Assembly (NCBI GenBank): GCA_964461805.1 | Contig: CAYWVV010000008.1 | Coordinates: forward strand, 1,410 to 65,409 | Reading direction: 5' to 3' | Length of the DNA: 64,000 nt | From: an uncultured Flavobacterium sp. | Lineage (GTDB): Bacteria; Bacteroidota; Bacteroidia; Flavobacteriales; Flavobacteriaceae | Part shown: positions 41,260 through 49,403 of the stretch, piece by piece | Layout: the number at the start of each line of letters is the position of its first letter | Position numbering within the stretch: position 1 is the first letter of the stretch | Notes under the pieces: model-generated | What the model was told of the DNA's origin: nothing | The model's input: the letters and a program-made list of their open reading frames with translations, nothing else | Databases searched by the model: none | Program-made: the position numbers and the translations under genes

Positions 41260-42924
41260 ATGATATATATATTGAGGTTGGTTTTTCGATTGGTTGTTTT
41301 TGTTTGTCTATTATCATCTTGTGGTTCAAAGAAAAAAGTAGTTATAGATTCTAAATTCTATACTGAAAATTGGCATCACTTTGATTTTGAAAAAGACAAA
41401 ATTTACGGAATTTCATTACAAAAATTGTATAATGAAAACACCGTCAAAAAGAATTCAAATTCGATAATTGTTGCTGTTTTAGACACTCAAATAGATTTAA
41501 ATCAAGAAGATTTAAAAGATCAAATTTGGGTAAATAAAAAAGAAATTCCAAACAATAATATTGATGATGATAAAAATGGTTACGTTGATGATGTTAATGG
41601 ATGGAATTTTGTAGGAAAACCTGATGGAGGGTATTTTTCATATGGGAATTTCGAGTATACTAGATTTGTAAAAAAGTGGGATGTTTATTTTAAAAACAAG
41701 AAAACTGTTGGAGTAGATTCTTTGGAAGTTTTTGAAGAATATAAAAGAGCACAAGCAAAACTAGAGAAGTCTATTAAATATTATACTGGTTGGAAAAAAT
41801 CTTTAGATTTTAGAATTAAACATTATCAACTTGTTGAAGATACAATTAATTATTTTTTTCCAAAAAAAGATTACACAGTTGCCAAATTAGATAGTTTGTA
41901 TCAGAAATTTAAAATTAATGATAAAACTTTTAAGCAAAGAAGAGATGATAATGATTTGGATTTGGGGGCTTTAATTTATTATAAAAAAACTGATTTTGAA
42001 ACAGGTATAAAAGTTATTGGGGACCATATAGATCCGAGCAATCAATTTGACTCAATCATTAATAAAAACTTAAACATCAATTTTGTTGATAGAGAAATGA
42101 TTAAAGATAATCCAAATAAGTTAGAAAAAGGTTATGGGAATAATAAGTTAAATCTGTATAAAAATTTAAATTACCATAGTACGGTAGTTTCCGGTACTAT
42201 TGCAGGTATAAGAAATAATAACATTGGAGTAAAGGGTTTTCATGATAATATTAAGATAATGCCATTAAGTACCTCGATTTCTGGCGACGAGCATGATAAA
42301 GATATCGCTAATGCCATTTATTATGCAGTTGATAACGGAGCTAAGATTATTAATATGTCTTTTGGTAAAGAATTTTCTCTAGAAAAAAAATGGACATTTG
42401 ATGCTTATAAATATGCAGAAGAACATAATGTTTTAATTGTTCATATTTCAGGAAACGACAAGTTTGATATTGATAAAAACCCATATTACCCAAATGATAA
42501 TGATTATATCAATAAAAAAGAAATAGTTGGTAATTTTATTAATGTCGGATCTATATCTAAAAGAACAGATAGTACAATGGTTTCAAAATTTTCTAATTAC
42601 GGTAAAGAAAATGTTGATATTTTTGCGCCAGGTGAAGAAATTCATGTTGCGAAACCTTATAATGAATATGGCTATGATTCTGGGACTTCACTAGCAGGGC
42701 CAATGGTTTCTGGAACTGCAGCTTTAATTTGGTTATATTATCCAAATCTTACCGTTCATCAAGTGAAAAATATAATTTTAGAATCGGGTATAACAATTGA
42801 TAAAATGGTTGTTAAACCTGGGACAAAAGAAGAAATGGTTCCGTTTTCGGATTTATGTAAAACGGGTAAAGTGTTGAATACTTATAACGCTATGCAATTG
42901 GCTAAAAGAATCAGTAAGAAATAA
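41260..42924 (+). CDS. S8 (subtilisin-like) serine peptidase lipoprotein, copy 1
   Basis: Lipobox LLSSC. Catalytic Asp (VAVLDTQID), His (HSTVVSGTIAG), Ser (GTSLAGPMVSG). DDDKNGYVDDVNGWNF Ca-binding-like insert. Confidence 0.85.
   Translation: MIYILRLVFRLVVFVCLLSSCGSKKKVVIDSKFYTENWHHFDFEKDKIYGISLQKLYNENTVKKNSNSIIVAVLDTQIDLNQEDLKDQIWVNKKEIPNNNIDDDKNGYVDDVNGWNFVGKPDGGYFSYGNFEYTRFVKKWDVYFKNKKTVGVDSLEVFEEYKRAQAKLEKSIKYYTGWKKSLDFRIKHYQLVEDTINYFFPKKDYTVAKLDSLYQKFKINDKTFKQRRDDNDLDLGALIYYKKTDFETGIKVIGDHIDPSNQFDSIINKNLNINFVDREMIKDNPNKLEKGYGNNKLNLYKNLNYHSTVVSGTIAGIRNNNIGVKGFHDNIKIMPLSTSISGDEHDKDIANAIYYAVDNGAKIINMSFGKEFSLEKKWTFDAYKYAEEHNVLIVHISGNDKFDIDKNPYYPNDNDYINKKEIVGNFINVGSISKRTDSTMVSKFSNYGKENVDIFAPGEEIHVAKPYNEYGYDSGTSLAGPMVSGTAALIWLYYPNLTVHQVKNIILESGITIDKMVVKPGTKEEMVPFSDLCKTGKVLNTYNAMQLAKRISKK
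42604..42907 (+). repeat. 304-bp perfect direct repeat, copy 1 (3' end of S8 gene 1)
   Basis: Compared block by block with 44264-44567: identical. Flanking mismatches at 42603/44263 and 42908/44568. Confidence 0.95.
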
Positions 42925-42931
42925 TAAATCG

Positions 42932-44587
42932 ATGAGAAAAATTTTGTTTTTATTGTTGCTTTTTATTTCGTGCTCAACCAATAAAAAATTTGTAGCACCT
43001 AATGATTCTAATTTTGTCAATAAAAATTGGCAGCATCAAGTTTCAGAAAACAATAGTGTTAAAAGCACATCTTTGCAGAAATTTTATTCCGAAAAATTTA
43101 AAAAAAGTACTTTAAACTCAATAATTGTCGCTGTTTTAGACAGTCAAATAGATTTAAATCATGAAGATTTAAAAGATCAGATTTGGGTAAATACGAAAGA
43201 AATAGCCAACAACAATATTGATGATGACAACAATGGATACATAGATGATGTTAATGGTTGGAATTTTATAGGAAAACCAAATGGGGGTTATTTTAGATAT
43301 TGGAATTTTGAATATTCGAGAATTGTTAGTTTAAAAAAAGAATATTTGAAATTAAATATTAAAACACCTTCAGATTCTTTGCTTTTTTTTAATGAATATT
43401 CGAAAATTGATGAAAAACATAAAGAGGAATTAGTTTATCATAAAAATTGGTTCAAATCATTAGAATATGCAGTAAAAATTCGATCAAAAGCCATAGATAC
43501 TTTAAAGTATTTTTTTCCAAAAGGAGATTATACTTATGAACGATTAGATAGTTTGTACCAAAAAAGTAAATTAAATGAAAAAACATTTAAACAAAGAAGA
43601 GATGCTAATGATGAAGATTTAGGGGCTTTAATAAATTCTGTGATGATAGCTATTCAAATGGGGCTTAAACAAAATGAACAATTATTTGAATTAAAAAATC
43701 AATTAGATTCTATTGTGTTTAGAAATTTAAATATTGATTTTGATGACAGAAAATATATTTGTGATAATCCTGATATTTTAGAAAAAGGGTATGGTAATAA
43801 TAAATTGAATAGTAACATATATCAATTAACTCATTCTACAGAAGTTTCATCAATTATAGCAGGACAAAGAAACCAAATTGGAGTAAATGGATTTCATAAT
43901 AATATTAAAATAATGCCTTTATGTATTTCTACTTCTGGAGATGAGTACGATAAAGATATTGCTATGGCAGTATATTATGCTGTGGATAATGGTGCTAAAG
44001 TGATTAATATGTCTTTTGGAAAAGAATTTTCATTAAATCAAAAATGGGTTTCTGACGCTTTTAAATATGCAGAAGAACACAATGTATTGTTAGTGCATGG
44101 TTCGGGTAATAATAGTTTTAATGTTGATAAGAATTCCTATTATCCAAGTGATATTGATTATGTGAGAAATAAAGAAAAAGAAGTAGTAGCCAATTTTATT
44201 AATGTAGGTTCCGTTTCGAAAAGAACAGATAGTACTATGGTTTCTCCGTTTTCTAATTATGGGAAAGAAAATGTTGATATTTTTGCGCCAGGTGAAGAAA
44301 TTCATGTTGCGAAACCTTATAATGAATATGGCTATGATTCTGGGACTTCACTAGCAGGGCCAATGGTTTCTGGAACTGCAGCTTTAATTTGGTTATATTA
44401 TCCAAATCTTACCGTTCATCAAGTGAAAAATATAATTTTAGAATCGGGTATAACAATTGATAAAATGGTTGTTAAACCTGGGACAAAAGAAGAAATGGTT
44501 CCGTTTTCGGATTTATGTAAAACGGGTAAAGTGTTGAATACTTATAACGCTATGCAATTGGCTAAAAAAATTAGTAAGCAGAAATAA
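42932..44587 (+). CDS. S8 (subtilisin-like) serine peptidase lipoprotein, copy 2
   Basis: Lipobox LFISC. Asp (VAVLDSQID), His (HSTEVSSIIAG), Ser (GTSLAGPMVSG). Tandem paralog of copy 1. Confidence 0.85.
   Translation: MRKILFLLLLFISCSTNKKFVAPNDSNFVNKNWQHQVSENNSVKSTSLQKFYSEKFKKSTLNSIIVAVLDSQIDLNHEDLKDQIWVNTKEIANNNIDDDNNGYIDDVNGWNFIGKPNGGYFRYWNFEYSRIVSLKKEYLKLNIKTPSDSLLFFNEYSKIDEKHKEELVYHKNWFKSLEYAVKIRSKAIDTLKYFFPKGDYTYERLDSLYQKSKLNEKTFKQRRDANDEDLGALINSVMIAIQMGLKQNEQLFELKNQLDSIVFRNLNIDFDDRKYICDNPDILEKGYGNNKLNSNIYQLTHSTEVSSIIAGQRNQIGVNGFHNNIKIMPLCISTSGDEYDKDIAMAVYYAVDNGAKVINMSFGKEFSLNQKWVSDAFKYAEEHNVLLVHGSGNNSFNVDKNSYYPSDIDYVRNKEKEVVANFINVGSVSKRTDSTMVSPFSNYGKENVDIFAPGEEIHVAKPYNEYGYDSGTSLAGPMVSGTAALIWLYYPNLTVHQVKNIILESGITIDKMVVKPGTKEEMVPFSDLCKTGKVLNTYNAMQLAKKISKQK
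44264..44567 (+). repeat. 304-bp perfect direct repeat, copy 2 (3' end of S8 gene 2)
   Basis: See copy 1; offset is exactly 1660 nt. Confidence 0.95.
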
Positions 44588-44589
44588 TA

Positions 44590-46809
44590 ATGAAAATAAA
44601 CTCTGTTGGCTGTTTTGATACTTTTGTATTGCGAACGCCTTTGTTTCCCATAAATTATTATACTAATCTTCTTAAAGATTATTCAAGCGATAAGTTGTAT
44701 GAGGTTTTAGAAAATGATCTTGTCAAAGATGCTGTTAAAATTGCTTCTCCTGAACTTCTAAGAGAATTGGAGAAGTTGTCGAATAATCCAAATCAAATTG
44801 ATCCCGATAAAAAAATAAATTTAGAGTTAGCCTTGTTAAAATATATAGCAAGGCTTTCTTCTAGAGCTACACCTTTTGGGGTTTTTGCTGGTTGTACTAC
44901 TGGTTTTCTAGCAAATGAAACTTTCATTCAAATTGATTCTGTCGAAAAGCATGAAGTTTTTACGCAATTTGACATGCATTATTGGATTAGTCTGCTACAG
45001 GATATTTCTAAAAATGCTTCTTTTCAAAAGAATTTAATTTACTATCCAAATTCATCATTGTATAAAATCGCCGATTTTTACAGATACATCGAATATGAAT
45101 ATGTAAATAAAAAAAGAGAACATACTTTGTCTTCTTTTAGGGTAAACCCTGTGATAGATACGCTTATTGAGAATTCTAAAATAGGTTTAAAATTCAATGA
45201 ATTGATTGATTTAATTATTGATGATGCATCTGAGATTGAAGAAGCCAGTGAATTTGTTTTGGAATTAATTAATAATCAAATTTTAGTCAGTGAACTTGAT
45301 GCAACGATTACAGGTGGTTTTGATATTAAGAGAGTTGTTGAAATCATTGAAAAAAGTACTGAATTTAATCTAGAATGCAATATTTTAAAAGAAATGTCCT
45401 TGCTTTTAGAAGGTAAAGTTAATCTGACTGATTCAAAAAATCAATTTGATAGTTTAAAAAAGTTGGTCGAGAAATTTGATACAAAATTTGAAGAAAAGTA
45501 TGTTTTGCAAACGGATTTATATAAAAAAACGACTTGCGCTTCATTGAATAAAAAAGTGAGTTTTAAAATTACAAAAGCACTTCAATTCTTAAGTAAAATC
45601 CGAGAAAATAAAGAAAATCCGAACTTAACAAATTTCAAAAATACTTTTCAAAGAAGATATGAAACTAGAGAAATGCCTCTATCTGTCGTTTTAGATTCCG
45701 AATTAGGAATTGGATACCTTCAAAACACTAAAATGAATGATACACATTCTGTATTAGATAAGTTTTCTTTCGATAGTAGTCGGAAATCAAATGCCAATTC
45801 TGAAGAATGGACAAAAACAGATTATATTTTAGAGAAAAAATTAAAAACTGCGATTGCTACTTCTAAAGATATAATTGTATTAGAGGATAAGGATTTTGAT
45901 TTTGTTGAGAAAGAAGATTACAATATACCAAGTACATTTTCTGTAATGGTAGAAATTCTATCTACAAATGAGGAAGAATTTATTGCTATTGAATCATCAG
46001 GCAATTTTAGCGCTGCAAAACTTATTGGAAGATTTTGTAATGGTGACCAAGCCATTCACAATTTGGCCAACGAAATCATTCAAAAAGAAGCGGAGTTACA
46101 CCCAAATAAAATTTTAGCAGAGATTGTTCATATTCCACAATCCAGAACGGGAAATGTATTAAGACGACCTTGTTTACGAGAACACGAAATTCCATATTTA
46201 GGGAATAGTGTTTTGCCAAAAGCTAAACAAATTGCTATAGAGGATTTGTATGTGTCAATAAAGAATAATAAAGTGGTTTTAAAATCGAAGTCACTTAATA
46301 AAGAAATCATTCCTTGCTTATCCAATGCACATAATTATTCCTATAATTCGTTGCCGATATACCATTTTCTGTGTGATTTGCAAGGGCAATCATTGCATTG
46401 TATTCCAAGTTTCAGTTGGGGGATCTTAGAAAATCATCATGCCTATTTTCCGAGAGTTGTCTATTCTGGTATTGTCCTATCAAAAGCAAAATGGGTATTT
46501 GAATATATAGAACTTGAAAAATTCGCTAAAGCAATATTCACAAGTGCATTACAAAACGAGTTTATAGTTTGGAAAGAAAAGATGAAATTGCCACAATATG
46601 TGAATTTAGTAAATGGTGATAACACTTTGTTGTTAGATTTGAATATAGAAATTGGAATACAATTATTTTTAAAAACTATTAAACCCAACTCGAAAATAAT
46701 TTTAGAAGAGTTTTTGTTTGATGATAATTCTGTAGTTAGAGATAAAGATTATAATTCGTTTGCTAATCAGTTCATTTTATCCTTTTATAAACTGCATAAA
46801 AATGAATAG
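44590..46809 (+). CDS. Lantibiotic dehydratase, N-terminal (glutamylation) part of a split LanB
   Basis: 739 aa. FVLRTPLFP at the N-terminus and RLSSRATPFGVFAG are the conserved LanB N-domain motifs as I recall them. Starts 2 nt after the S8-2 stop. Confidence 0.8.
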   Translation: MKINSVGCFDTFVLRTPLFPINYYTNLLKDYSSDKLYEVLENDLVKDAVKIASPELLRELEKLSNNPNQIDPDKKINLELALLKYIARLSSRATPFGVFAGCTTGFLANETFIQIDSVEKHEVFTQFDMHYWISLLQDISKNASFQKNLIYYPNSSLYKIADFYRYIEYEYVNKKREHTLSSFRVNPVIDTLIENSKIGLKFNELIDLIIDDASEIEEASEFVLELINNQILVSELDATITGGFDIKRVVEIIEKSTEFNLECNILKEMSLLLEGKVNLTDSKNQFDSLKKLVEKFDTKFEEKYVLQTDLYKKTTCASLNKKVSFKITKALQFLSKIRENKENPNLTNFKNTFQRRYETREMPLSVVLDSELGIGYLQNTKMNDTHSVLDKFSFDSSRKSNANSEEWTKTDYILEKKLKTAIATSKDIIVLEDKDFDFVEKEDYNIPSTFSVMVEILSTNEEEFIAIESSGNFSAAKLIGRFCNGDQAIHNLANEIIQKEAELHPNKILAEIVHIPQSRTGNVLRRPCLREHEIPYLGNSVLPKAKQIAIEDLYVSIKNNKVVLKSKSLNKEIIPCLSNAHNYSYNSLPIYHFLCDLQGQSLHCIPSFSWGILENHHAYFPRVVYSGIVLSKAKWVFEYIELEKFAKAIFTSALQNEFIVWKEKMKLPQYVNLVNGDNTLLLDLNIEIGIQLFLKTIKPNSKIILEEFLFDDNSVVRDKDYNSFANQFILSFYKLHKNE

Positions 46810-47683
46810 AGTTTTTAGTTTAGGAAGTGAATGGGTATATTTTAAAATATATGCCGGTTATAAAATTTCCGAAGTCATTCTTTTGGATTACTTGAATGAG
46901 AAAATCGAGTTGTTGCTTACGGAAAATGTAATTAAAAAATGGTTTTTTATTCGCTATAACGATTCGGATAGCCATATTAGAATTCGATTTCAATTGAATA
47001 ACAATGAAGATGTTTTTCAAATTATAAAAGAACTCAATCCTGTTTTTGAAGATTTGTTGCAAAAAAATTTCATCTGGAAAGTTCAAAACGAAACCTATTT
47101 AAGAGAAATAGAACGCTACGGTTTAAATACTATGGAAGATTCTGAAACGTTATTTTATTTTGATAGTAAAATGATAATGGACTATTTAGTTTTGAAAAAT
47201 GATTTCCAAAATGAGAAAACTCAGTTGCTATTTAGTTTCCTTTCTATAGATGCTTTTTTAAATGCATTTTCTTTGTCAACTTCAGAAAAAGTAATATTTT
47301 TTGATGATTTACAGCAAGGATTCAAAAAAGAATTTAATGCTACAAAAGTTTTAAAAAGCGAATTAGATAAACATTATAGAGGATTTGAAAATGAGATTTC
47401 AAATTGTATGAATGCAATTTCAAATCATGAATTATTACCGCTTTATGAAATAATTGAAAAAAAATCCTGCAACATAAATCCTGTTGTTCAAGTAATCAAA
47501 CAAAACTTAGAAATCAATTTAAATGCCTTTCTTTCCAGCCACATCCACATGATGATAAACAGGCAGTTCACTTCTCGTCAAAGAGAATACGAAACCCTAA
47601 TTTATGATCATTTGTATAGGTATTATAAAACGTGTTTTTATAGGAATACTTATACTATTAGTTTAATTAATGCTACTACATAA
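46802..47683 (+). CDS. Split-LanB C-terminal (SpaB_C / thiopeptide-type bacteriocin biosynthesis, glutamate-elimination) domain protein
   Basis: Start set at ATG 46802 (MNRVFSLGSEWVYFKIY...), overlapping the upstream stop as ATGAATAG. WFFIRYNDSDSHIRIRF is typical of this domain. The track start at 46760 would be an unlikely 14-aa extension. Confidence 0.75.
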   Translation: MNRVFSLGSEWVYFKIYAGYKISEVILLDYLNEKIELLLTENVIKKWFFIRYNDSDSHIRIRFQLNNNEDVFQIIKELNPVFEDLLQKNFIWKVQNETYLREIERYGLNTMEDSETLFYFDSKMIMDYLVLKNDFQNEKTQLLFSFLSIDAFLNAFSLSTSEKVIFFDDLQQGFKKEFNATKVLKSELDKHYRGFENEISNCMNAISNHELLPLYEIIEKKSCNINPVVQVIKQNLEINLNAFLSSHIHMMINRQFTSRQREYETLIYDHLYRYYKTCFYRNTYTISLINATT

Positions 47684-47706
47684 ACTTAAGTTCTTACTTG
47701 ATTTGA

Positions 47707-47736
47707 CGCTACCGCGCGAATCCTTTCGCGTGGTTT
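47707..47736. repeat. REP-like hairpin, left (cgctaccgcgcgaatcctttcgcgtggttt)
   Basis: Imperfect internal palindrome ccgcgcga/tcgcgtgg. Inverted partner lies downstream of the RAYT. Confidence 0.7.
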
Positions 47737-47761
47737 TCTAATAATTATTTAAACATAATAA

Positions 47762-48328
47762 ATGAGTAGAAATTATAAATTCCATAATTCAGAAGGTGTT
47801 TATTTTGTAAGTTTCGCAGTTGTAGGTTGGTTAGATGTGTTTACAAGAAATGAATATAAAGATTTGATTATTGAAAGTTTAGAATTTTGTCAACAAAGTA
47901 AAGGAATGGAAATACATGCTTGGTGTATTATGACAAATCATGTACATTTGATTTTTAGAAGTGTTGAGAATCAAAAACCTGAGCTTTTATTAGGTGATTT
48001 TAAAAGATTTACAAGTAGAAGTGTCATTAAAGCAATACAGGAAAACTCCAAAGAAAGTAGAAAAGAATTTTTATTAGATTATTTTAAAAAAGAAGCTAAA
48101 AAAACTTCTAATACGAGTAATTTTCAATTTTGGCGACACGATAATAAACCAATAGAATTATGGAGTAACGAAGTAATACAACAAAAAATCAATTATATCC
48201 ACAATAATCCAGTTGAAGAAGGAGTTGTATTTAGACCTGAAGATTATAAATACAGTAGTGCATCAGACTATGCCAGAGAAAATGGTTTATTGGGTAATGT
48301 TGTAGTGTTTCAGTATTTTAAATTATGA
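47762..48328 (+). CDS. REP-associated tyrosine transposase (RAYT, IS200/IS605-like Y1 HUH)
   Basis: 188 aa. HUH motif MTNHVHLIF and C-terminal catalytic-Tyr region PEDYKYSSASDY. Confidence 0.8.
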   Translation: MSRNYKFHNSEGVYFVSFAVVGWLDVFTRNEYKDLIIESLEFCQQSKGMEIHAWCIMTNHVHLIFRSVENQKPELLLGDFKRFTSRSVIKAIQENSKESRKEFLLDYFKKEAKKTSNTSNFQFWRHDNKPIELWSNEVIQQKINYIHNNPVEEGVVFRPEDYKYSSASDYARENGLLGNVVVFQYFKL

Positions 48329-48521
48329 AACCACGCGAAAGGATTCGCGCGGTAGCGGGGATAATAGTGTTTCAGACCCTGAAGAAATCAGAGCTGTTTA
48401 TAATCAAAATAGAGCTCGAGCACTTGAAGGAAGAGTCCCAAAAACGACATATGCTCAAGAAAGGATTGACCCTAAAAAGTTACAGAATCCACCAAATAAT
48501 AAAAACATAATGATTAAATAA
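48306..48521 (+). pseudogene. Possible 3' gene remnant with no start codon, stop overlapping the next ATG
   Basis: Frame is open 48306-48518 (...SDPEEIRAVYNQNRARALEGRVPKTTYAQERIDPKKLQNPPNNKNIMIK*) with no ATG near its 5' end. Its TAA (48519-48521) overlaps the ATG at 48521. A second frame (track ORF 48325..48510) is also open. Confidence 0.25.
48329..48357. repeat. REP-like hairpin, right (aaccacgcgaaaggattcgcgcggtagcg)
   Basis: Begins at the nucleotide after the RAYT stop codon. Confidence 0.7.
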
Positions 48522-49093
48522 TGAGAAAAATAACAATGTTTTTTTTGATTTTGATTTCTTGTAATCTCAAGACTTCTAATGTTTTAATTTCAGCGGAATT
48601 AATTGATTCTATTAGCGCTGAAACGATTAAATTTAAAACAGGGCAACACGTAAAAGTTAGATATATTCATATGCCAGTTTTTGTCAGATTTAATGATACC
48701 AGTTTTGTTAAAACTAATTCTGATGAAATATATTATATATATGAAACAAGCTATAAGGCTAGTTTTGATAGATATAATGCTTTCTTATATGAAGTGATAA
48801 ATAATGGTTTCAAATTAAATAAAAATGATTTTGATGAAAAAACATTTAGTTTAAATAATGTAATTAATAAAAAATTTAAACAAACTGAAACTAAAGATTT
48901 TTTAAATTATTATTCTATTAAAGATTCTTCTGAGGATAAACCATATCTTAACAAAAAAATTAAAACAGAAAATGAATATTTAACTATTTCATATTTATTA
49001 TTTACTAAAGGTTATTATTTAGGTAGTGATGATTTAAGAGGTAGGAGTTATGTTTATCGATTTGATGGTAATGTTGGTAATGTCCCAAATTAG
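48521..49093 (+). CDS. Hypothetical lipoprotein
   Basis: Lipobox LILISC. 190 aa, no motif recognised. Confidence 0.55.
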   Translation: MRKITMFFLILISCNLKTSNVLISAELIDSISAETIKFKTGQHVKVRYIHMPVFVRFNDTSFVKTNSDEIYYIYETSYKASFDRYNAFLYEVINNGFKLNKNDFDEKTFSLNNVINKKFKQTETKDFLNYYSIKDSSEDKPYLNKKIKTENEYLTISYLLFTKGYYLGSDDLRGRSYVYRFDGNVGNVPN

Positions 49094-49258
49094 GACATGT
49101 CTAATTTACAAACATAAATAACACTAAAACAGTAGCTAGTAATATAATATTTTTTAGTTGCTGTTTTATTTTTTGGAATAAAAGTAAATTAAAACAAAAA
49201 ATCCCAACCGTTGAAAGTTAGGATTCTTGCTTTAATTAAAAGATTTGGTAATCATAAT

Positions 49259-49285
49259 ACCACGCGAAAGGATTCGCGCGGCAGC
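49259..49285. repeat. Third REP copy (accacgcgaaaggattcgcgcggcagc)
   Basis: Same orientation as the right REP; differs at 1-2 positions. Confidence 0.6.
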
Positions 49286-49403
49286 AGATATAAGTCACAT
49301 GTAAATCCCGTAGGGATATTATATTTTGTAACAATGGATTTTAATCCGTTAGATGTAAAAAAAATAAAACTCCTTACACAAAACTCACAACTTCTTACTA
49401 TCT

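Larger units (their letters stand above)
47707..48357 (+). mobile_element. RAYT unit: Y1 transposase gene bracketed by inverted REP hairpins
   Basis: Left REP 47707-47736 is the exact reverse complement of right REP 48329-48357 over ~28 nt. Confidence 0.75.

Noticed and set aside
46760-46809. Programmed frameshift fusing the two LanB halves into one protein
   Set aside because: The junction is a clean ATGAATAG start/stop overlap with a good N-terminus (MNRVFSLGSEWVYFKIY) for the second protein, and there is no slippery heptamer. Split LanB genes are known, so two separate polypeptides is the simpler reading.
34809-49403. Hidden LanC cyclase, LanT/C39 exporter, LanD or methyltransferase inside the island
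   Set aside because: I read every ORF >=60 aa in the island for GxAHG/WCxG/CHG (LanC), Walker A/B plus an N-terminal Cys-protease (LanT), flavin and SAM motifs, and found none. This is a by-eye negative and needs HMM confirmation. A cyclase could be encoded elsewhere in the genome.
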